Below are positions 38,152 through 51,915 of a stretch of DNA of 64,000 bases, piece after piece (the first letter of the stretch is position 1; each line of letters begins with the position of its first letter). The position numbers and the translations under genes are program-made. Origin of the DNA: Novakomyces olei (taxonomy: Eukaryota); NCBI GenBank assembly GCA_016906335.1, contig JADEYG010000002.1:558001-622000 (forward strand), read 5' to 3'. The notes under the pieces are model-generated. The model did no database searches. It was given only the letters and a program-made list of their open reading frames with translations, and was not told where the DNA came from.

Positions 38152-40264
38152 TCAGCTTGCGGCATTTTCAGCCTCTTCTTCACTTTTATCCTCAGTTTGC
38201 TTCTCTTCTGCCTTTTCTTCTCCTTTTGTTGTCCACGGATGATCCAGCACCTGCTTAGCCGTGATTCGTTTATCAACATCGACAATCAGCATCTGCTCTA
38301 TCAATTCCAATGCCTCATTGCTAACATTATCCCACCACGGAGAAGGGAACTCGTACAATCCTTTCTGCTCACATTAGTCTGACCCACGCGATCTAAATTG
38401 AGGGCGAATAAACGATAAACCAAACAAAAAAAATCCTGAAATACCTCAATTTGTTCAACAAACGATGGAGGCTCCATCTCCTTCGAAAACGGCGGATACC
38501 CGCCCAAGCACACGTAAAGAACACAGCCCAGTGACCAAATATCACACTTTGGAGACGAACTGCCACTTTTATCGTGTGTAATTATCTCAGGTGCCGAGTA
38601 AGCTGGAGTGCCACCGCTCAAAGAGGGATTCGAAAGTCCGATTATTCGAGACATTCCAAAATCCATTAGACGGAGATCGAAGGGATCTAATGAAGCAAAG
38701 CATATGTTTTCTGGCTTCAAGTCTCCATGCACTATTTCGCGTTCGTGGAGGTACTGACGATTAGCGAGATGCAAATCAAGAAATGTAAAAAACAAAATTA
38801 CAACTAAAAAACATAAATACAAGCAGACTGTGAATATCAGAAGGCTATATTATAGCAAAAGGTAAATATAAGATGATTCGCGTACCAGCAGGGCAGAACC
38901 CAACTGCCTTATTACAATTCGTGCTTGATCCTCAGTAAGAGTTCGGTTCTCCGCAATGAAATGGAACAGTTCTCCGTGCTCAACGCTTCATGCTTAGTCT
39001 TGGCCAGAGTAAGGTATTGCTTACTATTCCAAAATAATATAGATATGATCTTCAACAAAAACACCTTCGATACATAGAATATGAGGCTGGAGAGAGTAAG
39101 CAGTGTACAATGTCGAAGTGCAAGACTTACATGAGAGACCGACATCAAGATACCGATTTCATTGTGAAGCGCAATTTGCGAATAGTTGTGGAAAGAAGGG
39201 GTTCGGAGCACTTTGATTGCGACCTTGCGTCCCGACTCACGGTCTTTTGCCAGCCAGACATCGGCAAAATGACCTTTCCCTATAAGGTGGGAAAAGTCAT
39301 ACTGCTCTCTCACTGTCGGCTTATGGTGGCCTGTCTTTGGCAAATAGAACCTCCAGCCCACGCGGTCATCTCCTTGGCCTAGCTCTATCTCGTCGCCAGT
39401 ATGGAGAAATTTTGTCTCGTTTATAGAGATAGGAGCGCCTTGCCATGTTAGTTTTGAACAGGGGGGTGTGTGTATATATATATATATTAATATTATATTC
39501 TTTTTTATTTGTTTTCCTTTAAATTCACATTTTCGTAATGAGCCTTCTCGTGTCTTGCGTTTGCTTCCCGATTGCACTTACCTGATACTGAAACTTCATA
39601 GTCGCTACAGATTAGTTATTCAGTCCAGACATGGACAGCGCTTACCAAAGCTTTCGGATGAACACTCCGTACGTGTCTTCGCTACGTCCATAGTTGCACT
39701 GTGCCTTGAAAAGAAGACAGTGCCTTACCGATGAAGAGCATGACACTTTAATGTCGCAGTCACTATAGACCGTTAGAAAATGTTTTAGGAGGTTGGTTGA
39801 TCAGCTGCGTGATTCAGATCCTGCTTTTTGCCTCTTCCACATTGCTTTTGGTCTGGTTTATACAAACAGGTCTTCATCTTTCATCTTTATATCTTTGAGT
39901 TCAGTTTTAAGTTTTTCACTTTTCATTTTCATTTTCGTTTCATTTCATTTTTATTTATTTTTATTTTTCATTTTATTTTTCATTTCTTTACAATGTACCT
40001 TGAACTGCCGACGAGGTACCCCGCAATAATATCACTAGATTCCGAGTCTCGATGCATGCAATACCCGCTCTCGTTATGCCCCTTTCGTGCCTGTTCGCTG
40101 GCACAGTGTTCACATTTTCCGCAAGTTCGCTGTTTCCCAAGTTGAATGACCTCTGAACCGTCAAGCGGTTGCAGGATGCCCCATACCTCTTTGTCTGAGT
40201 TTTGTGCCATCTCGTTCAGTTCATTCAGATCCATTTCTGGCGCCTTTGTTGAAGGACTATTCAT
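38152..40264 (-). CDS. FHA + Ser/Thr kinase of the Chk2/Dun1 family, divergent; about 7 introns
   Basis: FHA-like VWG.L...GYLVGSS|SDCDI...SVRHCLLF; kinase [61 protein letters not shown]. Confidence 0.85.
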
Positions 40265-41452
40265 CGCATCCTTGGGAGAGTGTAGAAGCTGGCCTTCAAC
40301 TCGGATTCTAAACGTGCCTTTTTCCTATATTTTCTATTTTATTTATTTTTATTTATTTTTTTTCAAATGGTAGATCGGCGCGTATAATAAATACACTAGC
40401 AGCCGAAGTAGGACATGTCTTATGCTTGCCGTATTATTCAGCACAGCGTTAGCGGTCCAGACCGCGAAATACACACGTCTTCCACGCGGGTTTATGCAAT
40501 TACGACCTGTCAACCCGAGTGAACAAGTAAGTGTGTATGTTGTTTAGTGTATAATATCATCGTCAGGAATAAGAAAGGATACAATGATGTCACCAATGTT
40601 GAGTTTGTGACATGTCACAACACGTGGCGAATGCCGGTTGCGTAGCTGATCATTGCACTGGTGAGATATATCGTTGTCGAGTACTATAGAATCGTATCAT
40701 GCATACTGTAATAATTTCAAGTCCATGGAAAGTGACTATATATTGCGCAATCAGATGCGTATCGCTTAAGCTGAACGCAAAGTAGCGTTCCAGTTTCCAT
40801 TCGGATTTTTTGATCAGATATACACTTGTCTCGCTCTGAACTGTAATTGAAAGCAAGTATGGCCCATCGCACATGCAGTTACTGTGACAACCTCTGTCCG
40901 CGGAATTGAGTCCAGTTATATATTAAATTATTGGTAAATAAAATGAGGGCTAGCACGACCCTGCTTTGCGAGTACGTACAATTAAAATACTCAGCGAGTT
41001 TTCGCGTAATTGTGTGGGCATTGCTTTCAATGCTGCAGCATACTAAAACTCTGGCAATTGGTACAAGGGGAACAAAGCGAGCGGGACTGCACTCTTGCTG
41101 TAGTAAAAATAGCCAGAACTAACCCTAACCCTAATGACAACCCTAGGAGCTGGTTTTTTCAGAGGTTTGCGTATACGGCTCAAACATCTCTAAAACGTTT
41201 AGCTTTAACCATAACCCTAAAACCATCTAGAGTCTGTATGTACTTAAATGTTGACTTCTGTCATAATAATGAACGATATGAGATGCACGATACTTGGATT
41301 ATGGTGCATCAATAATCATTCAAATCCAGCTCGTGGGCCGCGCATTCTAGTGTCACCATGCTGGCTCGAAGGCGTTAGCTTTTGATTGCTTGGACCACGC
41401 AATTGTGCGCTTATATTAAGTCTGGATATATACTCAGCGTGTTTTTAGAATT

Positions 41453-44400
41453 ATGGTCGCCTTTGATGGGTAGGCAAAAGAGGCTGTTTTCTTTTGATTC
41501 ATTTCTTCATTTTTAAGCTATGGAACGGAGTTTGCTGATATGATTGTGCAGTTTACGGCGCAGGCATCCTCGCCGAGCGGCCTTTGAACGGTTGCTACGG
41601 TTACCGGATGGCATAAATATAATTTTATCCAAGTACTTGGATCTTGATACAAAGACAGCGGAAACTGTGAGTGTTATTGGAATTATTGATCAGCATAAGA
41701 GAGGGGAAAAGACTCAGATGAAACGAACTAACCTTATCACAGACGGAATTGAACTTGGAATGTTTACTGGCAATTGAGGCACATGCAGACGCGCTGGCGG
41801 CGTCTCCATTGGCCGACTCAATACTGCAATCAGAAAGACGTATACTCTTGCAGTCTTTAAGTGCAGATGGACTTGAAGGTAAGGGTGATATGACTAAAAG
41901 AGACGATTGTTTTGATTTGGGCAAAACGAATAGTGCTTCAATGATGAATCGATACAAATGAATACATGTGTTTCGCTTTAATTCGGGTTGCTAATTCGCT
42001 ACTAGAGACGAGTCCTGTAATACAGTTTACGCTAGCCAATACTATTCAGTCTACTTTTGTGAAAATGACCACGCGCAACGAAATGCTGGTCCCGAATTCA
42101 AGCCGCTTTATTTCCTCATTTTTCCGTCATTGTGAGGCTTTATCAAAGTCCGCCTTTGATGGTAAGAACGAACGAGTTGAGCTGGGGTTTCTCGAATGCC
42201 TTAATGGCCTGCTTCAGCGTGATATTGCCTCTAATTTAAGCTTCCTATATGGACCGTATTTGCTTAGCTATATTCGGTCCTTGAACAATATTTTGCGAAA
42301 CATCAACAAGCACGATAGTTTACAAAGCAATGCAGATGGTAATTCGGTAGTTTCCTCGGCTGGTGGTGGCGCCGAAGGCGTCCAAAACGAGGATACAAGG
42401 AGTCTTTTGCTCACTGTTCAGAGCCATATATTAAGCTTTATGAATACCTGTATAGTCACTTTTATAACACAAAAGTCACCACAACAGGATTGGCTTGAAC
42501 TTGTACTGGATCGCAAAGTTGAACTTCACAGTTTCCCTCTTGAAGATTCTGTGCAACTTCAAAGAACGCTCGAATCGTTGCAGCTACATTCGCAGTACGA
42601 TGAAGCCCAGTCTATTATTGTCGCCCTTTTTCTCGGAATTCTTTCGGGCGAACAAACCAAGACACGGAAACTGTTGGATTTCTTTGGGAAACAACTAAAT
42701 CATTTTTTGCAGGGCGAAACAGACGTGATTGAACTTATTCTTAATGGCTTGAGCTTTATAGCTGCCCGATCAATCGAAAACGAGCAACAGGCTATTATCT
42801 TAATCCGCAGAATCATCGATACATCTGTAGCCTCGGACGAAAATAAGGTGAACAGATTAGCTGTGCGTGGTGCTTCATGCTTATGTGATCTTTTTGCAAA
42901 TTATTCGTCTGATTCAATAATGAGTATTATATTTCTGTATTTAAAGAACATTGGACCGAGCAATTTGTTATTAAATGATTCTGAAAGCCTTTTGGAGGAC
43001 TCCATGAATTTGAACGAATCCAAATCAGAAATGGACTCCTCCGAATTAAGATCGGAAAAGCAGCAAAAAATACTAAACTCTCTCGACGTTTTATTGACGA
43101 TTGCTCTCAAACTGGACGACGATAAGATTTACGGGATGATTATCTCTGTTCTTGTGCAAAACACGGGTAAAAGGAACCACGAAATTGAATCTAAGTTCCT
43201 ATATACAATCTCTCAGTTAGCCCCCAGAGCCAATGAAAGTCAACTGTTTGAGCTGATTAAATACCTTGAATCGCAATTTGCCCTTTCGTGGGCAGACAAT
43301 GCTGGTGACACGGAAGTTATGCGTGGACAGCAAGATTGCTACACGACAATTTGCGATTTAATTGAGCCTGATTCGTTCCAAGAGAGCGAAATATTAAACA
43401 GCCTTTTGCGCAATATTATCAGTGTCAATTCCTCGTCTGACGAGGGAGGCATTAGTAGCAACATCCGTCATAACGATCGCCGCAAGCTGCCCCCTGCTAT
43501 GTCATCGGAGAGCAGTATTCTGGATCGTCTTCTTGTCAATTTGATTCCTTTAGGCCAATTGCTCAGTCGAAGGCAGAAGAACGTCTCTTCCGAAAATATT
43601 GACCTGGTAAACTTGTTCCGGAACGCTTGGCTGACGGTTGTTGTTAATGGTGGATTTTTTGGATCGTCTTTTTCGCAGAGAAACGCTGCGACGCTACGTA
43701 AAATTGCTCACAGATGTCCACCGCTGATATTGGAAAATGTTACCAATGACTTTGAGAGTGATCTAGAGCTAAACACGATCCTGCGAAGAAAGCATCATAA
43801 TGAGGAAAAATTAAAAATAATTAGCAAACTTTGTGATACTGTGCCGAGTATTGCACAAAGCACTCGTGGTCTCGGGTACGCTGAAGCAGTTTTCCTCTCT
43901 GCAGTTGCCCTTGTTGAAAACTGCCGGGCTCAAGAGTTTCAGTGCCAGGGCATTCTGGTTTATTTCCAGCAGCTGAGTATCCGATCAAGTAGAATGGCAG
44001 AGCCTCTTTCTGCTCTAGCTCTTTATAATGCGGCCACGTTTGCTAATGTTGTACGCAGCCAGGACAGTTTTGAGAGGAACCGTGATCGAATTCTGAGCAA
44101 TTTGAGCAGTCTCGTAACGTTTTGTGCAAACAGGGTGGAAAGGGTTAATCAATTGGCTGTAGAAATGGTTGATTCAATGGTGCAGATAACGCCTTCGCTT
44201 CTTTGCTCTACAACTACTGCTTTCACATTACTTGAGTGTTTGAATTTGCTATGGAGAGCTGCCCGAGAACGGGAAACTAACCAGTTTTCCCCATCGTCGA
44301 CTTTTTCCAGTGACAGAATGGAGCTGGAGATATCCGTACCCAGCATCTTTGACCGCAGGGATTCCATGCTGATTTCGATGTATAAGAATTCAAGAGATTG

Positions 44401-47400
44401 GCTAATAAGTGCGGCTAAAGCGGCGCCGGATGCTCTTAGCGGCGTGCTGCAAAGCTACTTGAGTGGAGGCGGAGACGGTGCAAACAATTTTAATAATAAC
44501 GGGGTCGCCATTGGCCAAACTTTGGCGCTGGAAATCGGGAAAATGATCCCGTTTACGGAACCCACGTTTGCCGAGCTCAGTATACGGGATATTAGGGCAG
44601 ATGCTACTTTTGGCTTTTTGAGTGACTTTTCTACAAGGCAGCTGTACCGTGGGATAATGGATTTTAGCGACTTTACAGACATTACAGAGCCGATTGAAAA
44701 TGGCAGCCAATATTCTCCTGCTTTGCCAAATACGTTAATGCCAGACGGTCTGTCAGGAGACATGAGGCGGCCCACAGAAAAAGCTCAAGAGTTTGTGGAT
44801 AAAATATTGAAGGATTTAAAAGTTACCGAGTCGCGTATTGAAGCGGGAGAAATTCCCAATACAAAATCATTGCGAGAGCTTCTTCGTCGGAGTGCGGGTC
44901 TACTGTTTTACAGAACAGATATGGCGAAGCTGATAGTGAAGAGTATCGTTGGTATCCCCTTTTCCATGTTTGATGAACCCTCCATCCGGCTGGGAACGAC
45001 ACTTTGGACGTGGATAATGAGCGAGCTACCCCAGCTTCAGGCTTTAGTCATCTGTGAAATATCGAGTAACTGGAGGTCTACTATTGCAAACGGAATAGGG
45101 TTTTTCTCTGATAGATCGAGTGAATCGCTACAGGATCCGTTTGCCCTTCGGATGGAGTACGCTCCGTCCAACAAGGCGCTAAACAAGCAACAAGGTGAGG
45201 CCATTAAATCGAGTATTATGCCTCATGTAATGATCTTGCACGTCCTTAAAGGTCACTATCAAGTATTTGAAAAAATACTGCCGCGTACGCGAAATGTCTT
45301 TGAATCCCTCATTGTCCGTAGTCTAAGAGCGATGGCATCTAAACGAGCATGTGTTCATCCATTAGCGCGCTGTCTCTATTTCAAACTGCTTTGCTTTGCC
45401 ACTGAAGTATGGTCGAGTCTGAGCAGCCACCAAAGCTGGAGGAGGCCCTTTTTCGCTCTAATTATTCGTGCAGGGATTGCCTGGTTTCACCCGACAGGAT
45501 CGGGACGGCCGGGTTGGCCTTTTGGGTCGGATTCACTGCAGGTTGAGGAGGAAATCGAGTTAATATCTGAGTTGTTGAGCTTTTTCTTGCAGTACCGGGC
45601 CGCCTCTGAGGCAATTTCTCAGGAACAAGATGCACTGCTATGGCTGCTGAGGGACGAAAGGTACAGGCTGCGCTGCTGGCTGGCTCCAGAATCTGCGGCC
45701 GTCGCTGCCCGGCAAAGTGAGGGCGATAGACCGTCGCTTTCCGGGGCAGATATAGTAGATTTTATACGTTTGACGTGGCACATTGACGCAGCAATTTCGT
45801 TCAATATATATAACCGTCGGCACCCGTCTCCGGCCAACAGGGCGGTACTCCTTGAACTGATCCTCGCTTTCCCTGAAAAGTGCCTCCATATAGCTGAAGC
45901 TGCTTCTTTTCTGCTCACTCAAGCAGACGACAGTGGTAATACTGCTATGGCGAAAAGGCTTCTTTTACTATGGGAACCAGTTGTTCCAGTGACGGCAATA
46001 AACTTGTTTCTCCCGTCGTTTGGACAGGATCCGTGCGTTTTGCAGTACGCAATGCGGTCACTGGAGCATTTCCCAGTTGACGTCACTTTTTTCTATGTGC
46101 CGCAGGTCGTTCAAGCGCTGCGGTACGATAAACTTGGGTACGTTGAACGCTTCATCGTGGAGACGGCCAAGATATCACAGCTGTTTGCGCATCAAATAAT
46201 CTGGAACATGAAGGCCAACGAGTACAAGGATGAAGATGGTCGAGATCCAGATGCGATTAAGCCCACGCTTGATGCCGTAATGAAAATGATGTTTGCCTCC
46301 TTTTCGCAGGCGGATACTGCCTTTTACCATAGGGAGTTCACTTTTTTCAGTGCCGTTACTTCCATCAGTGGGAAGCTTAAGCCCTTTATTCGCAAAACAA
46401 AACCGGAAAAAAAGGCTAAAATTGACGAGGAAATGAAACGGATCCAACTTGATCGCGGGGTTTACCTGCCGAGTAACCCTGACGGAGTTGTTGTTGGTAT
46501 TGATAGAAAATCGGGCAAGCCTTTACAGAGCCACGCTAAGGCTCCGTTTATGGCCACGTTTATAATACAGAAAAAACAGCAAATTGTGCCTTCTGATGAG
46601 AGCAGACGGCAGATTGAAAAAATTAAGCACCAAAGGCAGCGGTCAGGGCTGCATTCAAGAGCAAATGGATCTCGCTCTGGAATTGACGAGGCGGATGAGG
46701 ATGAGTGGAGTGTAGATCAGGAGTATAAGGAGCATAAACACTGTGAAAATCCCAAAAAAATGGACCAAACTTTTGGTAAAAAAGACGGCAGTACTACCGA
46801 GCATAAGCCTAACAAAGAATCAGCAAATACCGTCCAGCCTTACGACATAAATGGACAAAAATCGGCTTCAAAGCAGCCGGCAGACCAGCTGCAATCGCCA
46901 CCAGCCTCAAACTCGGCTCTGGACAGTCAAACGGTAGACATTCGTCAGTCGGCCATCTTCAAGGTCGGAGACGACTGCCGACAGGACGTGCTGGCTTTAC
47001 AGTTAATTTCAGTATTTAGAAATATATTCAATAGTGTCGGGCTCGACGTTTATGTGTTTCCCTACCGTGTCGTGGCCACAGCACCTGGCTGTGGCGTGAT
47101 TGACGTGCTACCCAATAGTATCTCTCGAGATATGCTCGGCCGTGAAGCTGTCAATGGTCTTTATGACTATTTTATCACAAAGTTTGGCGACGAGGACTCT
47201 GAAGTCTTTCAAAAAGCACGCGCTGAATTTGTGCAGAGTATGGCAGCCTATTCAATAATCACCTTTTTGCTACAGTTCAAGGACAGGCATAACGGAAACC
47301 TTATGATTGATGGAGAAGGCCATATTCTCCATATCGATTTCGGGTTTTGCTTCGATATTGCCCCGGGTGGCGTCACGTTTGAAGCCTCGCCTTTTAAATT

Positions 47401-47722
47401 GAGCCCGGAAATGGTTAGGGTTATGGGTGGACCACAGCACCAATGTTTCAGACAGTTTAGAACTCTGTGCATTAAGGCCTTTTTGGCCAGTCGGCCGTAT
47501 GCTGATCAAATATGTCAAATGGTCACGGTTATGCTGGATTCTGGACTGCCCTGTTTCAAGGGAATGACGACGATTGCAAACCTGCAAAAACGGTTTAATC
47601 TCAATGCCTCTGAGCATGAAGCCATCGCCTATGTTCAGCGTCTTATTGATTCCGCTTACGAGAACAAAATGACGCTTTTGTATGATCAGTACCAAAAATT
47701 GACGAACGGTATTCCGTATTAG
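41453..47722 (+). CDS. stt4: Phosphatidylinositol 4-kinase Stt4 (PI4KIII alpha); three 5' introns
   Basis: FRNAW, FFYVPQVVQALRYD, FAHQIIWNM, GVYLPSNP, LQSHAKAPF, AIFKVGDDCRQDVLALQ, KDRHNGN, HIDFG, NGIPY C-terminus; first exons MVAFDG|LRRRHPRRAAFERL reconstructed. Confidence 0.96.
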
Positions 47723-48028
47723 ATGCACGTTTTAGAGATTATTATTAAAATGGTTGCTGGTTAGACTTTAAAATTAAAATTATTCAGAATATATTTACAA
47801 TATGCTAATATGCTAATATGCTAATATGCTTAACCAATACAATTCTTATAACCTAACCCATTTTTGTGTTTGATTTTACGGCGAAGACCCACATCTTTGC
47901 TCAATCTTTTGCATTTATGTACAGACAGTCTTCATATATAACGCACGGAATAACACGTTTGACAGACACGGATAGAGGTCCAGAAATGCAACTATCGATA
48001 ATAATACCACTCTTCCAGTCTTCATGAC

Positions 48029-48223
<195 letters not shown>

Positions 48224-48367
48224 GTGTGTTTTTCGTGCCTCTTTCAGATAAAAATACATTCATAAGATTCATATATATATCAAAACACTATAATATAACA
48301 TCAGCACCAAATTCGCTTTCAAAGTCAGCTCAATTGTTCTCACTCGAGCCTTAAAGCGCTTATAGCA

Positions 48368-51277
48368 ATGGACTTTGTTGACCATGCAGCGCCAGGTCCC
48401 GACAGGGAGTCTGAATGGGATCGTCTCAACAGAATTGCTGAAGAGTTTCCCGATGACTTTAATAATTGGTAAGCGACAATAGATCAATGGCAATGGAAAA
48501 GGGAAGTAAGACAGGAGCGTCCAGCAAGCGGACGGCTAAAAATTCCCTGAAAAAGAATATGTCATATTCAATTCTAACTCGCTACAGGGAACGACTTGTG
48601 CAGGCAACAGAATCTATGGACGGAGGCCTTTCTCGGAACTCGGCCGATTCAGCGATTCGAGCAATGCGAGATGTATACGATCGGTTTCTCGCCCGGTTCC
48701 CTCTTCTCTTTGGCTATTGGAAGAAATATGCAGACTTTGAGTACATGGTGATGGGCAGCGATTCGGCAGACTTGGTAATTCTTGCCTATTTTTTATAAAT
48801 CTTTGTGTTTATTGGCCCTGTCGTATCATGCTTCGGGTGCTTGCTTTGGCGCTATTTGTAGACCGTATTTTGGTGGATTTTCCTTTCTTTGTTTTTTTTT
48901 GGTCTTTTTATCTTTTTTCTTTTTTTTCCGATCACTGATCGCTGATCATGAACTCTGATTTCGATTTTTTTTGTGGCTTTTATAAGTTGGTTTTAATTAT
49001 CTCTTTATTACCGTTTCTTTAATTCGTTTTCTTTAAGTCTCTATCGTTTTCTAACACACAGATATATGCTCGTGGAATTGCGAGTATACCCTACTCCGTG
49101 GACCTGTGGACACATTATTTGTCGTTTAAAACACTCGCCTGCCATGATGAGGACAGCGTGCGAAGGTAAGTCTAGCAAGGCTTTGCTCTTTGCTAATTTC
49201 TAGCCTTTTTGAGCAAGGTGCCGACAAAATTGGCCTCGATTTTCTCTCGCACACCTTTTGGGACAAGTATATTGAATATGAGGAGCGGCTTGAAAACTGG
49301 GATAATGTATACAATATTTTGGATCGTGTTGTGCATATTCCTTTACACCAGTACGCTCGATATTACGAAAAGTAAGGCCATTTTATTTTATGATTAAATT
49401 TCTCACTCATTTTCTTTCATGTTTAATGAATGAATTATTTTGTTTTATAGTATCTTGTGCTATTTTGTTTTATGTCTTCAATATGTTTTCATTGTTCTGT
49501 CTCTTTTCAATATTAATCCAAGGTTTACACAATATGCGCAGACGCGTAGTGTAGAAGATGTGGCACCAGCAGAAGTCGTGGCTCAGCTCAAGGAAGAAAT
49601 AGTACGGGAACCGGCTCAAACGGTGACGGCTGGAAAACAGCAAATGAAAATGGAGCGTGGCGAGCTTGATATTGAGCGCGAAGTCAGGTCGCGGCTTAAT
49701 AATTACCACCTGGAAATATACAATATGACTCAGCTGGCCACCACTCAACGTTGGACTTATGAGTCAGAGGTAATTTGATTATTTCTAATTGATTTGCAAA
49801 CTAATAATTTCAGATTAAACGGCCATACTTTCTTGCCGCCGAACTCGATGCAGCTCAATTACAGAATTGGCACAAGTATCTCGACTTTGAGGAATTGGAA
49901 GGCACATTTGATCGAGTGCTCTATTTGTATGAAAAAGCCTTGATACCGTGTGTAAGTAAATGAAAATAAAAGAATTTAATTAATGCCTATCCATTTATTT
50001 ATTTCGTATTTGTTTATATATTTATGTTTATATTCGTTTATTTATGCCTTTCATAATCTAACTTTAGGCATTATATGACCATATGTGGCTACGGTACATT
50101 CGATGGCTGAATGCTCAGAATGGGACGCAAGAAGCTGTCAGGCTCGTGTTTCAAAGAGCCTCTGCTTTATTTATTCCCATTTCACGACCTGGTCTGAGGG
50201 TTCAATATGCGTATTGGGAAGAACAACAGAACGACGTAGATACGGCAAGAGCAATTCTTTCGTCGATTTTGATCAAACGTACGTGTGCATATGTGTTTTT
50301 GAACATTACTTGAACATTGCAGTTTTTGGAAAAAAAAGATATGTGTCACCAGGACGAACGTTTGCCTTGATCATAATTCTACAATTTTTTTTTTTCGATG
50401 TTTATATACGTTCTTTGTTTTAATGTTTACTATTAATTTAGTTTAAAATCTCAGTTTTGAAATTCAGCCTTTATTTTTGTCCACTGTATGTATTTACTAA
50501 TTCTTCAGTCCCCTATTCTCTTGAAGTCATAATTGCACGAATTCATCTGGAGCGTCGGTGGGGCGGTGGCAGTCTCGAACCGGCTCGCGCAGTAATAAGA
50601 AGTATTCTCAAAGACGAGGCGGCCGATTATTATTTAAAAACCAAACTTATTACAGAAGACATTCGTCTTACTTGGAAAATCGAACGAAATATTGAAGCTG
50701 CTCGTGCTCAATTTGAATCAAGCGCTGCAAAATGTTTAGAAAGCAGATATTTCTGGGTCAATTTTCTCAATTTTGAAATCGAATCAGCATCGTGTAAGCT
50801 CATTTTTTACTTTTATATATTTAAAATAATTTAAATGTCGTTTTAATTATATGATTATTATGATGACTATGGTTAATATAATCAATAATTTATTTGTAGT
50901 GCTAATTTCCAGATGATGCGAACTCCCGAGATAGGGTGACAAAAGTCATGCGCCTGATTGAACAAGAGGCGCGTCTGCCTTTAACTACGTTGCGGGATCT
51001 TGCACACAAGTACCAAATTTATCTGGTTGAGCAGGCCGAAGGACCAGGAATTATGGACGAATATTTCGAGCTTGATCGAGAAATTGATGGTCCGTTTAGT
51101 GTTCAGATACTGTGGAAAACTCGACTAGATCCAGAGTCTGATCCTAATGGAACGATTAGACGTGCACTTTTATACAACGGCCATCCCGGAATTCCTGTAA
51201 ACAAAGTCGATAGCATGAACGGAGTTAATGTATACCAGACTTTGTATGACATGGAAGGCCAAATTCCTGACTTGTGA
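48368..51277 (+). CDS. prp39: U1 snRNP HAT-repeat protein Prp39; about 8 introns
   Basis: PDDFNNW|ERL, YDRFLARFPLLFGYWKKYADFE, SVDLW..Y, GLDFLSH.FWDKYIEYE, IPLHQYARY, YESE|IKRPYF, NW.KYLDFEE, DREIDGP. Confidence 0.92.
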
Positions 51278-51360
51278 TTGGCCGTCAATGTTTAAATGGA
51301 AAAAGTACGATTATCTATTTAATTCTTTGATTCTATTAGTTATGAATCAATACTAATAAA

Positions 51361-51563
51361 TTACAAATTATAAATTATAAATTATAAATTATAAATTATA
51401 AATTATAAATTATAAATTATAAATTATAAATTATAAATTATAAATTATAAATTATAAATTATAAATTATAAATTATAAATTATAAATTATAAATTATAAA
51501 TTATAAATTATAAATTATAAATTATAAATTATAAATTATAAATTATAAAATATAAATTATAAA
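51361..51563. repeat. 7-mer tandem array (TTATAAA)n, about 29 copies
   Basis: Directly visible between the convergent prp39 and rad7 genes. Confidence 0.95.
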
Positions 51564-51915
51564 TAATAAAAAATAGGAAAAAATTTACTAAATTTAAAAC
51601 CCGATTGTTACAAACTCATTATCCATTCGTTTTCCAATAAACTTTTAATATTCAATTAAATGAAATCTATCTCTATTCCCGAGATCGAATTCCAATATGT
51701 AAAATGCTCCGGATTGTAAAACACGCCCATTTGCCTCATCTCGCACCTTTTGCTCTTAATCTAATTTTGCCGAAATCTATGTCTAATTTCAATTTCAGAT
51801 CCATGTGATTTTTCTCGTTTCTCGTTCCTCATTTTCTTTTTGCTTGATTCTTTTTTTTTTATTTTTTTTATTTTTTTTATTTTTTTTATTTTTTTTTATT
51901 TTATTCTGTTACTCT

